DNA of 64,000 nucleotides from Candidatus Magasanikiibacteriota bacterium (lineage in GTDB: Bacteria; Patescibacteriota; Patescibacteriia; Magasanikbacterales; GWA2-37-8): contig JBAYIZ010000004.1 of assembly GCA_041665405.1 (NCBI GenBank), forward strand, positions 3,958-67,957, in the 5' to 3' direction. Positions within the stretch are counted from its first letter, which is position 1. Each line of letters starts with the position of its first letter. Under the pieces are notes generated by a model that saw only the letters and a list, made by a program, of their open reading frames with translations, was not told where the DNA came from and did no database searches. Below are positions 9,495-19,679 of the stretch, in pieces. The translations under genes were made by a program, and so were the position numbers.

Positions 9495-10895
9495 TTAGAT
9501 GAAATATTTTTTTTCCAACTGGTTTACTGTCTCATCCACCTCGTTTTGTGAAATCGGCGGTATTTCGTCGGATTTTTCTACCAATTCAATAATTGTTTTT
9601 AAAACATGTTTGATACCCGGAATCAGATGTATGTTTTTGTCTTCCGCATAAGAAAATCGGATATATCCTTTACCTCCAATGCCAAAATCACTACCGGCCA
9701 AAGTGGCAATTCCGCGTTCACACAACAGCCAATCAACCATTTCTTTATCGGAATTGATATTTAGCGTGTCTTTAACATATTTTAATTTTAAGATGTTTTC
9801 AAAATTTGGAAATAGATAAAACGCTCCCTCGGCTTTGTTTGGTACTATATATGGTTGTAATAATCGCAAACAAGCTTCTATAAATTGTCCTTTTTTCTCA
9901 TATTCCGCGAAATCTTTGTCAATAATGGGTTGAACTTTGTCTCCGATATATGGATATTTGTGGCCGTCCAATTCCACATCACCAAATATTGTTCCAGCGA
10001 CGATTTGGTTGAAGCGGGGGACACAAGTATATTTATTGATGGCCAATTTGCCAAATATTTCAATAACCCACTCTGGTGCGACAATAAAACCTAGACGCCA
10101 GCCAGTCATAGCAAAATTTTTGGAAAATCCATTTAGATTGATGGTGTAATCAAGCATTCCCGGAATAGAAATAAAACTGAAATGTTTTCTACCTCCAAAA
10201 ACTATTTGATCATAAATATCGTCAAACAAAACCATGAATTTATATTTCTTGACCAATTCGGCAATTTGTTCCAATTTTTCTTTGTTGATCAACATGCCAG
10301 TCGGATTTTGTGGCGTGTTAATAATCAAAAGTTTGACATCAATATTATTTTGTAATATTTTTTCTAAATCTTCCACCAAAAATTCAAAAGTACCGTCGGC
10401 GTTTTTGTGTACTAGCCACGGAATAAAGTTATCATTACTATAAAATCTCCCCAGTGATTCATAAATTGGATATCCTGGACTTTGGCCTACAACTTTATCA
10501 CCCGGTTTCACCAGAGTTTGTAAGGCCAATTCAATCACTGGTTTTCCACCCGGTTGCAACATCACATTTTCTTTTTTTATCTCCACTCCGCGCGTTTTGG
10601 TCCAATGTTTGGCGATATTTTCCAATACTTGAGGGAAGCCCTTGAAATGGGCATACTTGGTTTGTTTGTCTTTGAGTGCTTGGATGGCCACTTCAATAAT
10701 GGGCTCTGGCGTTTTTGGTCCAGTATCACCAACATGAAATTTATAAATTTGTGGAAATTTGCCAGTTTTTTCAAGGTCAGTCACTTTGGCACCAAAATCA
10801 AAAGCACTTTCGGTGCCAAGTAAAAGCAATGCCGGATTGATATTTACATTTGGTGTTAAATTTTTTTCAGCTAAAAATTTTAATGTAACACTCAT
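9495..10895 (-). CDS. PLP-dependent aminotransferase class I/II
   Basis: NTPQNPTG, DDIY, NGFSKNFAMTGWRLG, YIRFSYA. Confidence 0.9.
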   Translation of the reverse strand: MSVTLKFLAEKNLTPNVNINPALLLLGTESAFDFGAKVTDLEKTGKFPQIYKFHVGDTGPKTPEPIIEVAIQALKDKQTKYAHFKGFPQVLENIAKHWTKTRGVEIKKENVMLQPGGKPVIELALQTLVKPGDKVVGQSPGYPIYESLGRFYSNDNFIPWLVHKNADGTFEFLVEDLEKILQNNIDVKLLIINTPQNPTGMLINKEKLEQIAELVKKYKFMVLFDDIYDQIVFGGRKHFSFISIPGMLDYTINLNGFSKNFAMTGWRLGFIVAPEWVIEIFGKLAINKYTCVPRFNQIVAGTIFGDVELDGHKYPYIGDKVQPIIDKDFAEYEKKGQFIEACLRLLQPYIVPNKAEGAFYLFPNFENILKLKYVKDTLNINSDKEMVDWLLCERGIATLAGSDFGIGGKGYIRFSYAEDKNIHLIPGIKHVLKTIIELVEKSDEIPPISQNEVDETVNQLEKKYFI

Positions 10896-13150
10896 AAAAT
10901 TTTTGTTTTATTTTTTACCGCCTTTAATATCTTTTCTTCAATTTCTCTCGGAGTCAAATGGGCAACTTCATAAACTTCTGGGACATTACCAGATTTTAGA
11001 TAGGTTTCAATCGCAATAGAGCGAGCATCATAATCGGCTGGTAATAAGAATGGATACAAAAAACCCTTCCAACCATTGTGTAAAGCCACCACCAATTCGC
11101 GTTCGCTGTCTGGGAAAATTTCTTGCGCTCCTCGTGGATCTTTTTTTCTGTATTCTTCAAATAATTCCGGTGATGTGACAGCCAAAATTTTCACATCAAA
11201 ATCTTTTTCCAAATTCGGTAAAATTTCTAATGTATTGAACAGCATTTGAGATCCGCAAATTGCCAAAACTGTTTTTTGTTTTTTATTATTGGCAAATGGT
11301 TTGTAAACATAAGCCCCGTTGATAGCCGCGCGTGCTGGTGGAACATTTCCTTCGCGTTTTATTACTGGCGTATCCGGCCGAGTGACCGACAAAGCAATCG
11401 GTTCGCCTTTTTCCAAAGCATAAAACAACATTTCTACAGTTTCATTGGCATCAAATGGTTTGTAAACTTTGATACCCGGTAGAGCGTTGTACAAGCTCAT
11501 CCAATACAATCCTTGGTGGGTCGGGCCGTCCTCGCCAGTTTCAGGACCATCATGAGCGGCCAGCACAATAAAAAATCCTTTGGAATCTGGTTTGAGATGA
11601 TTACCAATCAATGCTAGGCGAACGCAGTTGCCAATCATGGTAGTGAAGACAGCATAAGTTCCAAACACAGAAACTGGTTGAAAGCCTCCTGGTAAAACAT
11701 CTTGAGACATAGCCGCATACATCATGGCCATATTTTGTTCGGCAATACCGAAACGGATACCACGTCCATATGGATTGGTTTGATTTATCAAACCGTAAAT
11801 ATTTTCAGCTTGATTTACCAAAATAGATTTTCCGAGATCACCGGCACCAGCATAAAAGAAAGCAGTTTTTTGCATTAGCCATTTGAACCAGGCGGCAGAT
11901 GCTTTTCTGGTAGCGATTTGTTCTCCACCTTTAAAAATTAATTCAGGAGGCAATGTTTCTGGGCGTCGCAAAGAGACTGGATTTACTAGTGGACGATCTG
12001 GTAGGGCGGTGACCATTTTTTTTATCAACTCCGATTCAGTTTTTAGTTTTTTTGTAGCCAAATCCAATCTTGATAATAAGAATTTTTCATCGTCTTTGGT
12101 GATTTTTCCACAAATATACTCGATATCTTTGATAACTTGCCCAGCAATTCCAGGAATTTCAAAACCCAAATTTTTCATGATGGTGACGTACTCATCATGT
12201 TTGGCCGGTGTGCCGTGAGAGGTGGCGGTATTTTCCATTGAACCATATAGTTTGCCTTTGAGTGTGTGGGCGATAACGGCTGTGGGCAAATTATTTCCAA
12301 AACCTTCAGCGGCCAGACGGTAGGCGTAAAACAATTCTAAAATATTTTCTCCGTCAACCTCGATGACATTCCAACCCATCCCCAGCCAATGATTAATGTA
12401 GGGTGAATTCATCGCCTCTTCTATCGGGCCATCAATACCAAAATGATTATAATCCAAACTTACAATCAGATTATCGGTATTCGTAGTTGATATTACATTA
12501 CGCGCCTCATAACTCATTCCTTCTTCACTTTCGGCATCGCCCATTAGTACAAAAACTTTGGTGTCCAATCCACAAGATTTATGGGCGATGGCGATACCTC
12601 CAGCGGCGGATAATCCGTGACCAGAAGGTCCAGTCGAGGTGTCTGCGAGTGGATATTGACTCTCCACATGTCCTTGAGGACCGTCGGCATGTCTAAAACG
12701 GGTGAGATTTTCAGGGAAAACTGCATGGATTTCAGTTGGAGAAAATTTTCGTCCAGCGCGGCGTAAACATTCATAAATTAATGAATTGATAGAATGTAAA
12801 GCCGGGGTGCAATGTCCAGCGCTCCAAATCAGACGATCACGGCCAGAATTTTTTGGATCGGTAGGATCGTAAGCTAAATTTTCGCCAAGTAATAAGGCTA
12901 AAATTTGTTCAACTTTGCTACTACTGCCACCGGGATGACCAGATTGTCCAGCTTCCACTGCGGCAAAAATTAAGGCGCGCATCAATCGTGCAAGACTGCT
13001 TAGACGTTCTTTGTCAAACCATTTTGGTTCGGACAATTCTAATTTTTGCAAATTTAAATATTGAGATTTGAATTTACAAAGTTCAAATCTTTCTGGTTGT
13101 TCCTTTTTTAATTTTGCCAAATCTTTTTTTTCTAGCAAGTTGTATATCAT
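10892..13150 (-). CDS. Transketolase-family TPP enzyme (single chain)
   Basis: SGHPGG, SAGH, GDAESEEG (TPP motif), GIAEQNM, GEDGPTHQ. Confidence 0.85.
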   Translation of the reverse strand: MIYNLLEKKDLAKLKKEQPERFELCKFKSQYLNLQKLELSEPKWFDKERLSSLARLMRALIFAAVEAGQSGHPGGSSSKVEQILALLLGENLAYDPTDPKNSGRDRLIWSAGHCTPALHSINSLIYECLRRAGRKFSPTEIHAVFPENLTRFRHADGPQGHVESQYPLADTSTGPSGHGLSAAGGIAIAHKSCGLDTKVFVLMGDAESEEGMSYEARNVISTTNTDNLIVSLDYNHFGIDGPIEEAMNSPYINHWLGMGWNVIEVDGENILELFYAYRLAAEGFGNNLPTAVIAHTLKGKLYGSMENTATSHGTPAKHDEYVTIMKNLGFEIPGIAGQVIKDIEYICGKITKDDEKFLLSRLDLATKKLKTESELIKKMVTALPDRPLVNPVSLRRPETLPPELIFKGGEQIATRKASAAWFKWLMQKTAFFYAGAGDLGKSILVNQAENIYGLINQTNPYGRGIRFGIAEQNMAMMYAAMSQDVLPGGFQPVSVFGTYAVFTTMIGNCVRLALIGNHLKPDSKGFFIVLAAHDGPETGEDGPTHQGLYWMSLYNALPGIKVYKPFDANETVEMLFYALEKGEPIALSVTRPDTPVIKREGNVPPARAAINGAYVYKPFANNKKQKTVLAICGSQMLFNTLEILPNLEKDFDVKILAVTSPELFEEYRKKDPRGAQEIFPDSERELVVALHNGWKGFLYPFLLPADYDARSIAIETYLKSGNVPEVYEVAHLTPREIEEKILKAVKNKTKIL

Positions 13151-13168
13151 AAAGTTTAATTATTAATT

Positions 13169-15430
13169 TTATTTTTCCCAAAAACGTCCGTCGGAAAATA
13201 TTTTTTTCTTCCATTGATAATAGTTTAAAAATTCACACAATGTTAAGGGTTTGCTTACGTCTGCATCATATTGATAATTCGTACAATCCAGATGGCTTGG
13301 TATATTGTAGTCTATCAGTCTTTGACCTGTTTTATCAAGTTGATTTATATACAACCCGAATTCATGCATACCCAAAATATTGGGAAAATCTTTTCTCTCA
13401 TTAAAGATAGAATGTCCTTCGAAAGCGTTGGCGCTATTGATATTGAGTAGATTTAATACAGTCGGTGTAAAATCTATTCCAGATGAAGGCAAATCAATTG
13501 TTTTTGGTAGTACACTTTTTGGTACATAAACCATAAACATATTTTCATCATAAAAACTTAATTTTCCAACCACATCGGCAAAATTATCCTTGGTATAAGC
13601 AGCTGGAAAAACAGCATGATCTGCCACGGTAATGACAATAGTGTTTTTATAAAGAGGACTTAGCGTAAACTCGTCCCAAAATTTTCCGAAGGCATCATCA
13701 GTAGTGTGAATTGAGTTTAGTAAATCATTTTTTCCATCACCATACTTCACCATATCTTTGGCCAATGTAAACGGCGGGTGAGTATCTACAGTAGAAAGCA
13801 TCATCAAAAATGGTTTTTTAGATTGTTCGTTCATAAGTTTCCAGGTAGCTGGGAAAAGTTGATGATCACTCCAGCCCCAGGAAAGCGGTTCTCCGTCAAT
13901 ATATTGTTTCAATTCTTCGGTGCCAAAAAATTTATTTGTGCCCATGTCGGTAATTATAGTACCTTTGTTGGCAAAATCTTTATCTACTGCCGTGATATAG
14001 GCTGAATATTGATAACCATTATTTTTTAAAATTTGTGGCAGACATAGCAAGTGATGGTGACGTACGCCACCATTGGTAATTTCCTCATGTCCAGTAGGTG
14101 GTAAAATAGAACAAAGTTGGGAAAGTAATCCAGTCACAGTGGGAGTAGCAGCATTAAAGTATTTTCTAAAAATTGTAGTATTTGGATCTTTGGACATCTT
14201 ATCTAGCCCAGGAGTGACAGCCACTAAGTTGGGATTGTAGACTTCGCTGAGACGGCTGGAAAATGATTCCAAAAACACAATCAAAATATTTGGTTTTTGT
14301 TGTTGTAAAACTGGTGGTAATAATAGGGTAGAGGTGACTGGAAAAATTTGTTTATGTTGATTTATACTAAATTCGTTCAAGTTATATTTTATACCGAATC
14401 GCTCTAATTTTTTTTGTACGATTGGATTTAATTCGACTTGAATATTATTATCGGCAAAATAATCATAAAAATTTTTTATAATACCGTATTCCGGCGTGGT
14501 TTTTATGGATGAGAATACGATAAGTGAACCGATGGCCAGTATTAATATGGCCAAATTATAATAACTCCAATATTTTTTTTGAATCTGTTTATGAGATAAT
14601 AATATTTTTCTTTTGATAAAAACAAAAATGGTCAACAATAACATCAGCACTAACAGCAAGATGATACTGACGCTGTTGAACACCACTCCAGCGGACCCTC
14701 TGGTATGTTCCAAAATTATCGGACTCAAATTTAGTCCTGAAAAAAACAAGATACCAGCGTTTATACCCCATAAAATGAGAAATAGTACGAATGCCAAAAT
14801 CCAAGTAGTTTTGAAAATAATAGCTGGAATTTTTTTGAAATGACAGTAGGCGAGATCAGATATAGAATATAATAATAACCAAAACATGGTAATAGACCAA
14901 GCGCGAAAAACAATGACATTAAAAAATTTTAAGCCGGTAAATACTACAGCAAACCGGTATGTCCAATATTGCAAACCAAGGTTGATTAGAAAAATAAACA
15001 AAAAGAAAAAGAAATATAATGAGTTTATTTTTTTCCAGACAATCGCATTGGGGTGGGTAGATAAAGTTTTTTGGGTGTACCAAAAAACGAATGATAAAAT
15101 AAAGACGGAATAAATCATGCTTTCAACCTCTACTCGTAAAAAATAAATTAGGAAAACAAGAGAAAATACCAAAAATAATTTTTCCAATTTGTAATAAAAT
15201 TCATTTTCCCAGTAGGGGTGACGTTTGGTTTTGTGTACTAGGTATTTGAAAATACTTTTGAATATTTGAAAACCAACAAACGCTGCCGCCATCACAATTA
15301 ACGCCTTGCCCACAAACTGCAAGTGATTGTGTTTGTTAAAATGGTACCAGCTCCAACCAGCTGATATAACAAAAGCGCCAATTAAAGAATTGGACGCTAA
15401 TATTAGTTTTTTTAATAGGTTTTTTATCAT
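13169..15430 (-). CDS. LTA synthase/sulfatase-family membrane protein
   Basis: Multiple N-terminal TMs; PNILIVFLESFS, THPPF, ADH motifs. Confidence 0.8.
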   Translation of the reverse strand: MIKNLLKKLILASNSLIGAFVISAGWSWYHFNKHNHLQFVGKALIVMAAAFVGFQIFKSIFKYLVHKTKRHPYWENEFYYKLEKLFLVFSLVFLIYFLRVEVESMIYSVFILSFVFWYTQKTLSTHPNAIVWKKINSLYFFFFLFIFLINLGLQYWTYRFAVVFTGLKFFNVIVFRAWSITMFWLLLYSISDLAYCHFKKIPAIIFKTTWILAFVLFLILWGINAGILFFSGLNLSPIILEHTRGSAGVVFNSVSIILLLVLMLLLTIFVFIKRKILLSHKQIQKKYWSYYNLAILILAIGSLIVFSSIKTTPEYGIIKNFYDYFADNNIQVELNPIVQKKLERFGIKYNLNEFSINQHKQIFPVTSTLLLPPVLQQQKPNILIVFLESFSSRLSEVYNPNLVAVTPGLDKMSKDPNTTIFRKYFNAATPTVTGLLSQLCSILPPTGHEEITNGGVRHHHLLCLPQILKNNGYQYSAYITAVDKDFANKGTIITDMGTNKFFGTEELKQYIDGEPLSWGWSDHQLFPATWKLMNEQSKKPFLMMLSTVDTHPPFTLAKDMVKYGDGKNDLLNSIHTTDDAFGKFWDEFTLSPLYKNTIVITVADHAVFPAAYTKDNFADVVGKLSFYDENMFMVYVPKSVLPKTIDLPSSGIDFTPTVLNLLNINSANAFEGHSIFNERKDFPNILGMHEFGLYINQLDKTGQRLIDYNIPSHLDCTNYQYDADVSKPLTLCEFLNYYQWKKKIFSDGRFWEK

Positions 15431-15435
15431 GGGTA

Positions 15436-15801
15436 CTATTCTTCGATTTTGTATTCCTTATTTTCACGCACTTCGCGTTTGTCTTTTTTATCTTTCTCTC
15501 TTTGGGTAGTTTTATGTTTTTTTATTTCTTCCTCCAAATGGTCACGTACTTTATCTATCGCTTTATACAGATCAGGTTCAGTTTTGGAAACAAACAAATC
15601 ATTGCCAGGTAAATCCAATTTGCATTCGCACACAAACACATTACCTTTGAGGTGATGTTGATTTTCTTTGCCGACTATTACATGAGCACGAACAATTTTG
15701 TCATAAAATTTATCGAGGCCGCTGATTTTTTTCTCTACGTAATCTTTTATCGCTTCAGTAAGGTCGATATTTTTACCGGTGATGTTTATTTGCATAGTCA
15801 T
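15436..15801 (-). CDS. hpf: Ribosome hibernation factor HPF/RaiA
   Basis: INITGKNIDLTEAIKDYVEKK, DLYKAID motifs; start 15801 or 15795. Confidence 0.88.
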   Translation of the reverse strand: MTMQINITGKNIDLTEAIKDYVEKKISGLDKFYDKIVRAHVIVGKENQHHLKGNVFVCECKLDLPGNDLFVSKTEPDLYKAIDKVRDHLEEEIKKHKTTQREKDKKDKREVRENKEYKIEE

Positions 15802-15830
15802 TAACAATAAATAAATTAATTTAGTAAATT

Positions 15831-16769
15831 TTATTGTACAATTTCAACTTCCGTTTCTAGCTCAATCTTAAATTTATTATACGCTTTTTCTTTCATTATT
15901 TCAACAATTTTTAATACATCCGTCTGTTTAGCATCCTGAAAATTTACGATAAAATTACCGTGTTCATCGGAAATTTTTGCGCCGCCAACTTCCAGGCCTT
16001 TTATATCAAGCTGTTCCATCACCCAGCCTACCGGCACAGTGCCACGCTGTTGAAATAATTCTGGTAGTTCTTTGACATCCCCAGCCCATTTGGCCAATTT
16101 GATATTTTTGAAAAAACTGCCGGCTGAAGGGAAGCGGGGATAACGTCCAGCGCGGTGCTTCATATATCCTTGTACCTTTTCCATCATTTCTTTTTTGTCT
16201 CCAGGTTTTAGTTCAAAACAAGCACGCAAAACAATGTCTTTGTTAAATTTAAAAAGACTTTCACGATAACCAAATTGACAGTCGCTTTTTTGTACTTCAA
16301 TAACTTCACCATCGCGCCATATTTCAACTTTTGAAATAGTGTGTGCTATATCTAGGCCCATTGCTCCAGCATTGCCTCTTACTGCTCCGCCTATTGTACC
16401 TGGTATTCCAACGGCCCACTCTAAGCCAGCTAGGTTGTTTTTTATCGCCAAATTTAAAACTGCACCTAGTTGAGCGCCAGCTTCGGCGATTATGGTATTG
16501 TCCACCAATTCAATTTTCGATGTTTGGACTTTTATGGTAACTCCCTCTAGACCACTGTCTGGCATCAATAAATTCGAGCCACCACCAAGAATAAAATAAT
16601 TTACACCCTCTCCGTTGAGATAGTTGAGTAATTCAACAAATTTATTGGTATCTGAGACTCGGACGAGGTACTGAGCTGGTCCACCAATGGCGATAGTGGT
16701 AAGTTTAGAAAATGGTGCATTTGTTTTGAGATCTCCGTAATTTTTTAGTTCTGTATAGAGTTGATCCAT
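15831..16769 (-). CDS. murB: UDP-N-acetylenolpyruvoylglucosamine reductase
   Basis: IGGPA, GGGSNLL, GIPGTIGGAVRGNAGA, PSAGSFFKN, HGNFIVN; start moved to ATG 16769 to avoid overlap with the divergent gene. Confidence 0.92.
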   Translation of the reverse strand: MDQLYTELKNYGDLKTNAPFSKLTTIAIGGPAQYLVRVSDTNKFVELLNYLNGEGVNYFILGGGSNLLMPDSGLEGVTIKVQTSKIELVDNTIIAEAGAQLGAVLNLAIKNNLAGLEWAVGIPGTIGGAVRGNAGAMGLDIAHTISKVEIWRDGEVIEVQKSDCQFGYRESLFKFNKDIVLRACFELKPGDKKEMMEKVQGYMKHRAGRYPRFPSAGSFFKNIKLAKWAGDVKELPELFQQRGTVPVGWVMEQLDIKGLEVGGAKISDEHGNFIVNFQDAKQTDVLKIVEIMKEKAYNKFKIELETEVEIVQ

Positions 16770-16821
16770 AGAAAGTGTGATTAATTGCCAAAACAGCAGT
16801 ATTTTAGTATAATCTGAAGGT

Positions 16822-18051
16822 ATGAAATTTACCCTCAATAAACCGGTTATATATGTAGCTCGTGACCTCGAGCGTACTTTTGGTTTGCCGATTGTCACAA
16901 AAGGCTACTACATTATCTCAAATTATACCGCCTTTGCCAATAGTTTGGTGAAGGGATGTAAAAATGTGCTGTTAATAAAAAGTGATCATCTTTTGGATAC
17001 TAGAGAATTGTTGAATCATCCAATGGCTATAAATTTTATAAATGGGATAAACGACGCGCATATATTAGTCTTTAAAAACACTGCTCAAATCGAAAAGATT
17101 TGTTTGGAACATGATTGGACTTTGTTAAATCCATCGGCCGAACTGGCTTCAAGAGTGGAAGAAAAAATTTCTCAAGTAAAATGGTTGGGAGAACTGAAAA
17201 AAAATTTGCCGCCATTTCAGATTAAAATAGCCAAGGATGTAAAATGGTCTGGCAAATCTTTTATTTTACAATTCAATCGCGCTCATACTGGGAGTGGAAC
17301 AATTTTTGTTGAAAATGAAAAACAGTTGAAAGAAATTCAGGCAAAATTTCCTCTACGTGAAGTGCGGGTAACAAAATATATTACCGGACCAATGTTTACC
17401 AACAACAATGTGGTAGTTGGAAAAAAAGTATTATGTGGAAATATAAATTACCAAATTACAGGTTTGAAACCCTTTACCAATTTGCCATTCGCTACTATCG
17501 GCAATGATTGGGCTCTGCCAAATAAAATTTTAAGTGCCAAACAGAAAAAAGAATATTTGGCGATGGCACAAGCGATTGGCCACAAGTTAGCACGAGATGG
17601 TTGGAAAGGACTGTTCGGCATTGATGTGATTTTGGAGGAAAAAACGGGGAAGTTATATTTGATCGAAATAAACGCGCGCCAACCGGCTAGTACTAGCTTT
17701 GAATCGCAGTTACAACAATTTACAGACAAACTTGGATTGGCGACTTTTACAGCCCATATTTCGGCATTGTTGGGGGAAAAAGTAGTTGGGAAGTTGATAG
17801 TGATAAAATCAGGCGCACAGATTACTCAAAAGGTGACCGATGTTAAAAAAAATATTTCATTAAGTAGGATGTTATATAAAATTAATGATTTAAAAACGAA
17901 AAAAATTCAAATTTTCATTTATGAAAATGATAAACTAGAATCAGACTGGGTTCGAATGCAATCTATTAGCGGTTTGGTAAACAGTCACAATAATCTAAAT
18001 AAATTAGGTCACGAACTAAAAAATTTTTCAGAATCTATTTTAAATAATTAA
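16822..18051 (+). CDS. ATP-grasp domain protein
   Basis: AHTGSGT loop, GLFGIDVI, LIEINAR motif. Confidence 0.75.
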   Translation: MKFTLNKPVIYVARDLERTFGLPIVTKGYYIISNYTAFANSLVKGCKNVLLIKSDHLLDTRELLNHPMAINFINGINDAHILVFKNTAQIEKICLEHDWTLLNPSAELASRVEEKISQVKWLGELKKNLPPFQIKIAKDVKWSGKSFILQFNRAHTGSGTIFVENEKQLKEIQAKFPLREVRVTKYITGPMFTNNNVVVGKKVLCGNINYQITGLKPFTNLPFATIGNDWALPNKILSAKQKKEYLAMAQAIGHKLARDGWKGLFGIDVILEEKTGKLYLIEINARQPASTSFESQLQQFTDKLGLATFTAHISALLGEKVVGKLIVIKSGAQITQKVTDVKKNISLSRMLYKINDLKTKKIQIFIYENDKLESDWVRMQSISGLVNSHNNLNKLGHELKNFSESILNN

Positions 18052-18054
18052 AAT

Positions 18055-18852
18055 ATGCTTTCAGCTAAGGCGCAAAAATTATTAGACGAATATTTCAACC
18101 TTCCTTTTGATGGTATTATGGGTATTCGTTGTCCTTATTTTAATAATGCGAGAAAAAAACAGCGAGCTCAATTGCGTGTATTGGTTGGAAAGGGAACTCC
18201 TAAAGAGATTATAGAAGAAGCAAAAATTATTTCTATCCAGTACCATATTGGTCTGTTTGATAAAACCGGTCATTGTTGTCTGCACAATGAACACACTGGC
18301 AAAGAAGTGAATGGCGAGGAAGTGCGCAAATTTTTGGTGGATCATAATCTGGGAATAGAGTGTTCTGGTTTTGTGACCCAAATTTTACGAGCTCATTTTC
18401 AAGAGACCAAAAATTTTGATGTTGCTCGTAATTTTTTTATAGCTTCACCACGTAATTTTTTCCGATGGATAATTACCAAATTGCGTCCAATAGAGAATAT
18501 TGGGGCGATGACATATATGGACAACAAAAACACTGCCAGCATTTCTTGGCAGGAAGCACAAGCAGGTGATGTAATAGTTTTTTTGGAAACAAATGCGAAG
18601 TTTCAACGCAACCATATAATACTTATCACTGATAGGATCAACGATGTTATCCACTATGCTCACGCTCGTGCTTGGGGCAGTGAAGGAAAATATGGTCATG
18701 GTATGGCCAAAGGAGAAATAAAAATTGTAGATCAAAAAGGGGATTTGTTAAAACAAGAATGGACGGAATTCTGTAAAACCAATGAACAGAATGAAACATA
18801 TTTGGAAGCCAAGAGTGCCAAGGTTTTGGAAGTAAGGAGAATAATTATTTAA
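18055..18852 (+). CDS. Hypothetical protein, NlpC/P60-like papain-fold amidase
   Basis: IECSGFV, AGDVIVF, HIIL...YAHA pattern. Confidence 0.55.
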   Translation: MLSAKAQKLLDEYFNLPFDGIMGIRCPYFNNARKKQRAQLRVLVGKGTPKEIIEEAKIISIQYHIGLFDKTGHCCLHNEHTGKEVNGEEVRKFLVDHNLGIECSGFVTQILRAHFQETKNFDVARNFFIASPRNFFRWIITKLRPIENIGAMTYMDNKNTASISWQEAQAGDVIVFLETNAKFQRNHIILITDRINDVIHYAHARAWGSEGKYGHGMAKGEIKIVDQKGDLLKQEWTEFCKTNEQNETYLEAKSAKVLEVRRIII

Positions 18853-18854
18853 CT

Positions 18855-19358
18855 ATGTCAATATCATTTTTATCGGTAGTTATCGCACTATTAATTTTTT
18901 TATTGTTTGTGTTAGTTTTTTCGCCGATATTTTTAGGTGTACCATTTTTGCCAACACACAAAAAACAGGCCTTGCAAATGATAGAGTGGGCGAATATACA
19001 GGCAGGAATGAAGGTAATTGATTTGGGCTCTGGGGCTGGGCGCTTGTTATTTTTGGCGGCCAAAAAAGGTGCCAATGCCGAGGGGTACGAATTGAATCCA
19101 TTTTTGGTAGTTTGGACGAGATTGGTGATTTTTTTAAGGAAAGAAAAAAATGTAAAAGTTTATTACAAATCAATTTATGATGCCGATATCAGCAATGCCG
19201 ATATTGTCGTGATGTTTTTATTTCCACCTCACATGAAAAAGATGACGGAAAAATTAAAGGAGGTAAAACCGGGTGCAAAAATATTGTCGTATGCTTTTTC
19301 TTTGCCTGGTTGGACACCAATAAAACATGAACAGGGGATATTTATTTACCAGCGATAA
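18855..19358 (+). CDS. Membrane-anchored SAM-dependent methyltransferase
   Basis: GVPFLPT, IDLGSGAGR, GYELNP. Confidence 0.8.
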   Translation: MSISFLSVVIALLIFLLFVLVFSPIFLGVPFLPTHKKQALQMIEWANIQAGMKVIDLGSGAGRLLFLAAKKGANAEGYELNPFLVVWTRLVIFLRKEKNVKVYYKSIYDADISNADIVVMFLFPPHMKKMTEKLKEVKPGAKILSYAFSLPGWTPIKHEQGIFIYQR

Positions 19359-19361
19359 TCA

Positions 19362-19390
19362 TTGACTTTCACGATATTTTTTGATATATT
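19362..19390 (+). promoter_or_regulatory. Sigma70-type promoter of tRNA-Glu
   Basis: TTGACT-17 bp-TATATT. Confidence 0.6.
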
Positions 19391-19409
19391 CAAATCAATA
19401 AATTCAAAC

Positions 19410-19481
19410 GGCCTGTTCGTCTAATGGTTAGGACTTTACCTTCTCAAGGTAGAAATACGGGTTCGATTCCCGTACGGGCTA
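19410..19481 (+). tRNA. tRNA-Glu(CTC)
   Basis: Acceptor GGCCTGT/ACGGGCT, anticodon loop TTCTCAA, T-arm ACGGG-TTCGATT-CCCGT; no encoded CCA. Confidence 0.95.
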
Positions 19482-19608
19482 CAAAAGCGGAAGAGTACTT
19501 CCGGTCCAGTCACTCTGGTTCTAACGACATCAGCTTCGGTCTACAAAAGCGGAAGAGTACTTCCGGTCCAGTCACTCTGGTTCTAACGACCTCGGCTTCG
19601 GGCTACAA
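19479..19608 (+). repeat. 62-bp tandem repeat (2 copies plus terminal CTACAA) attached to the tRNA-Glu 3' end
   Basis: CTACAAAAGCGGAAGAGTACTTCCGGTCCAGTCACTCTGGTTCTAACGAC... at 19479 and 19541; CTACAA again at 19603. Confidence 0.9.
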
Positions 19609-19679
19609 CGAACTTTGCTATTAGAACCTCTGGTATATCCAGGGGTTTTTGTATATAATACCCGTTATTAAGATGTTAT

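Noticed and set aside
16770-16898. N-terminal extensions in the ORF track (murB; also 20638, 25546, 56497, 60631)
   Set aside because: They overlap neighbouring genes or promoter boxes (some start at the TTG of TTGACA); downstream ATGs fit better.
19479-19608. Mini-CRISPR after tRNA-Glu
   Set aside because: Units are near-identical along their full length, so there are no unique spacers.
19424-19624. 66-aa ORF (similarly 28390-28611, 60283-60528, 60419-60637, 60446-60634)
   Set aside because: Overlap tRNA genes and repeats; not credible proteins.
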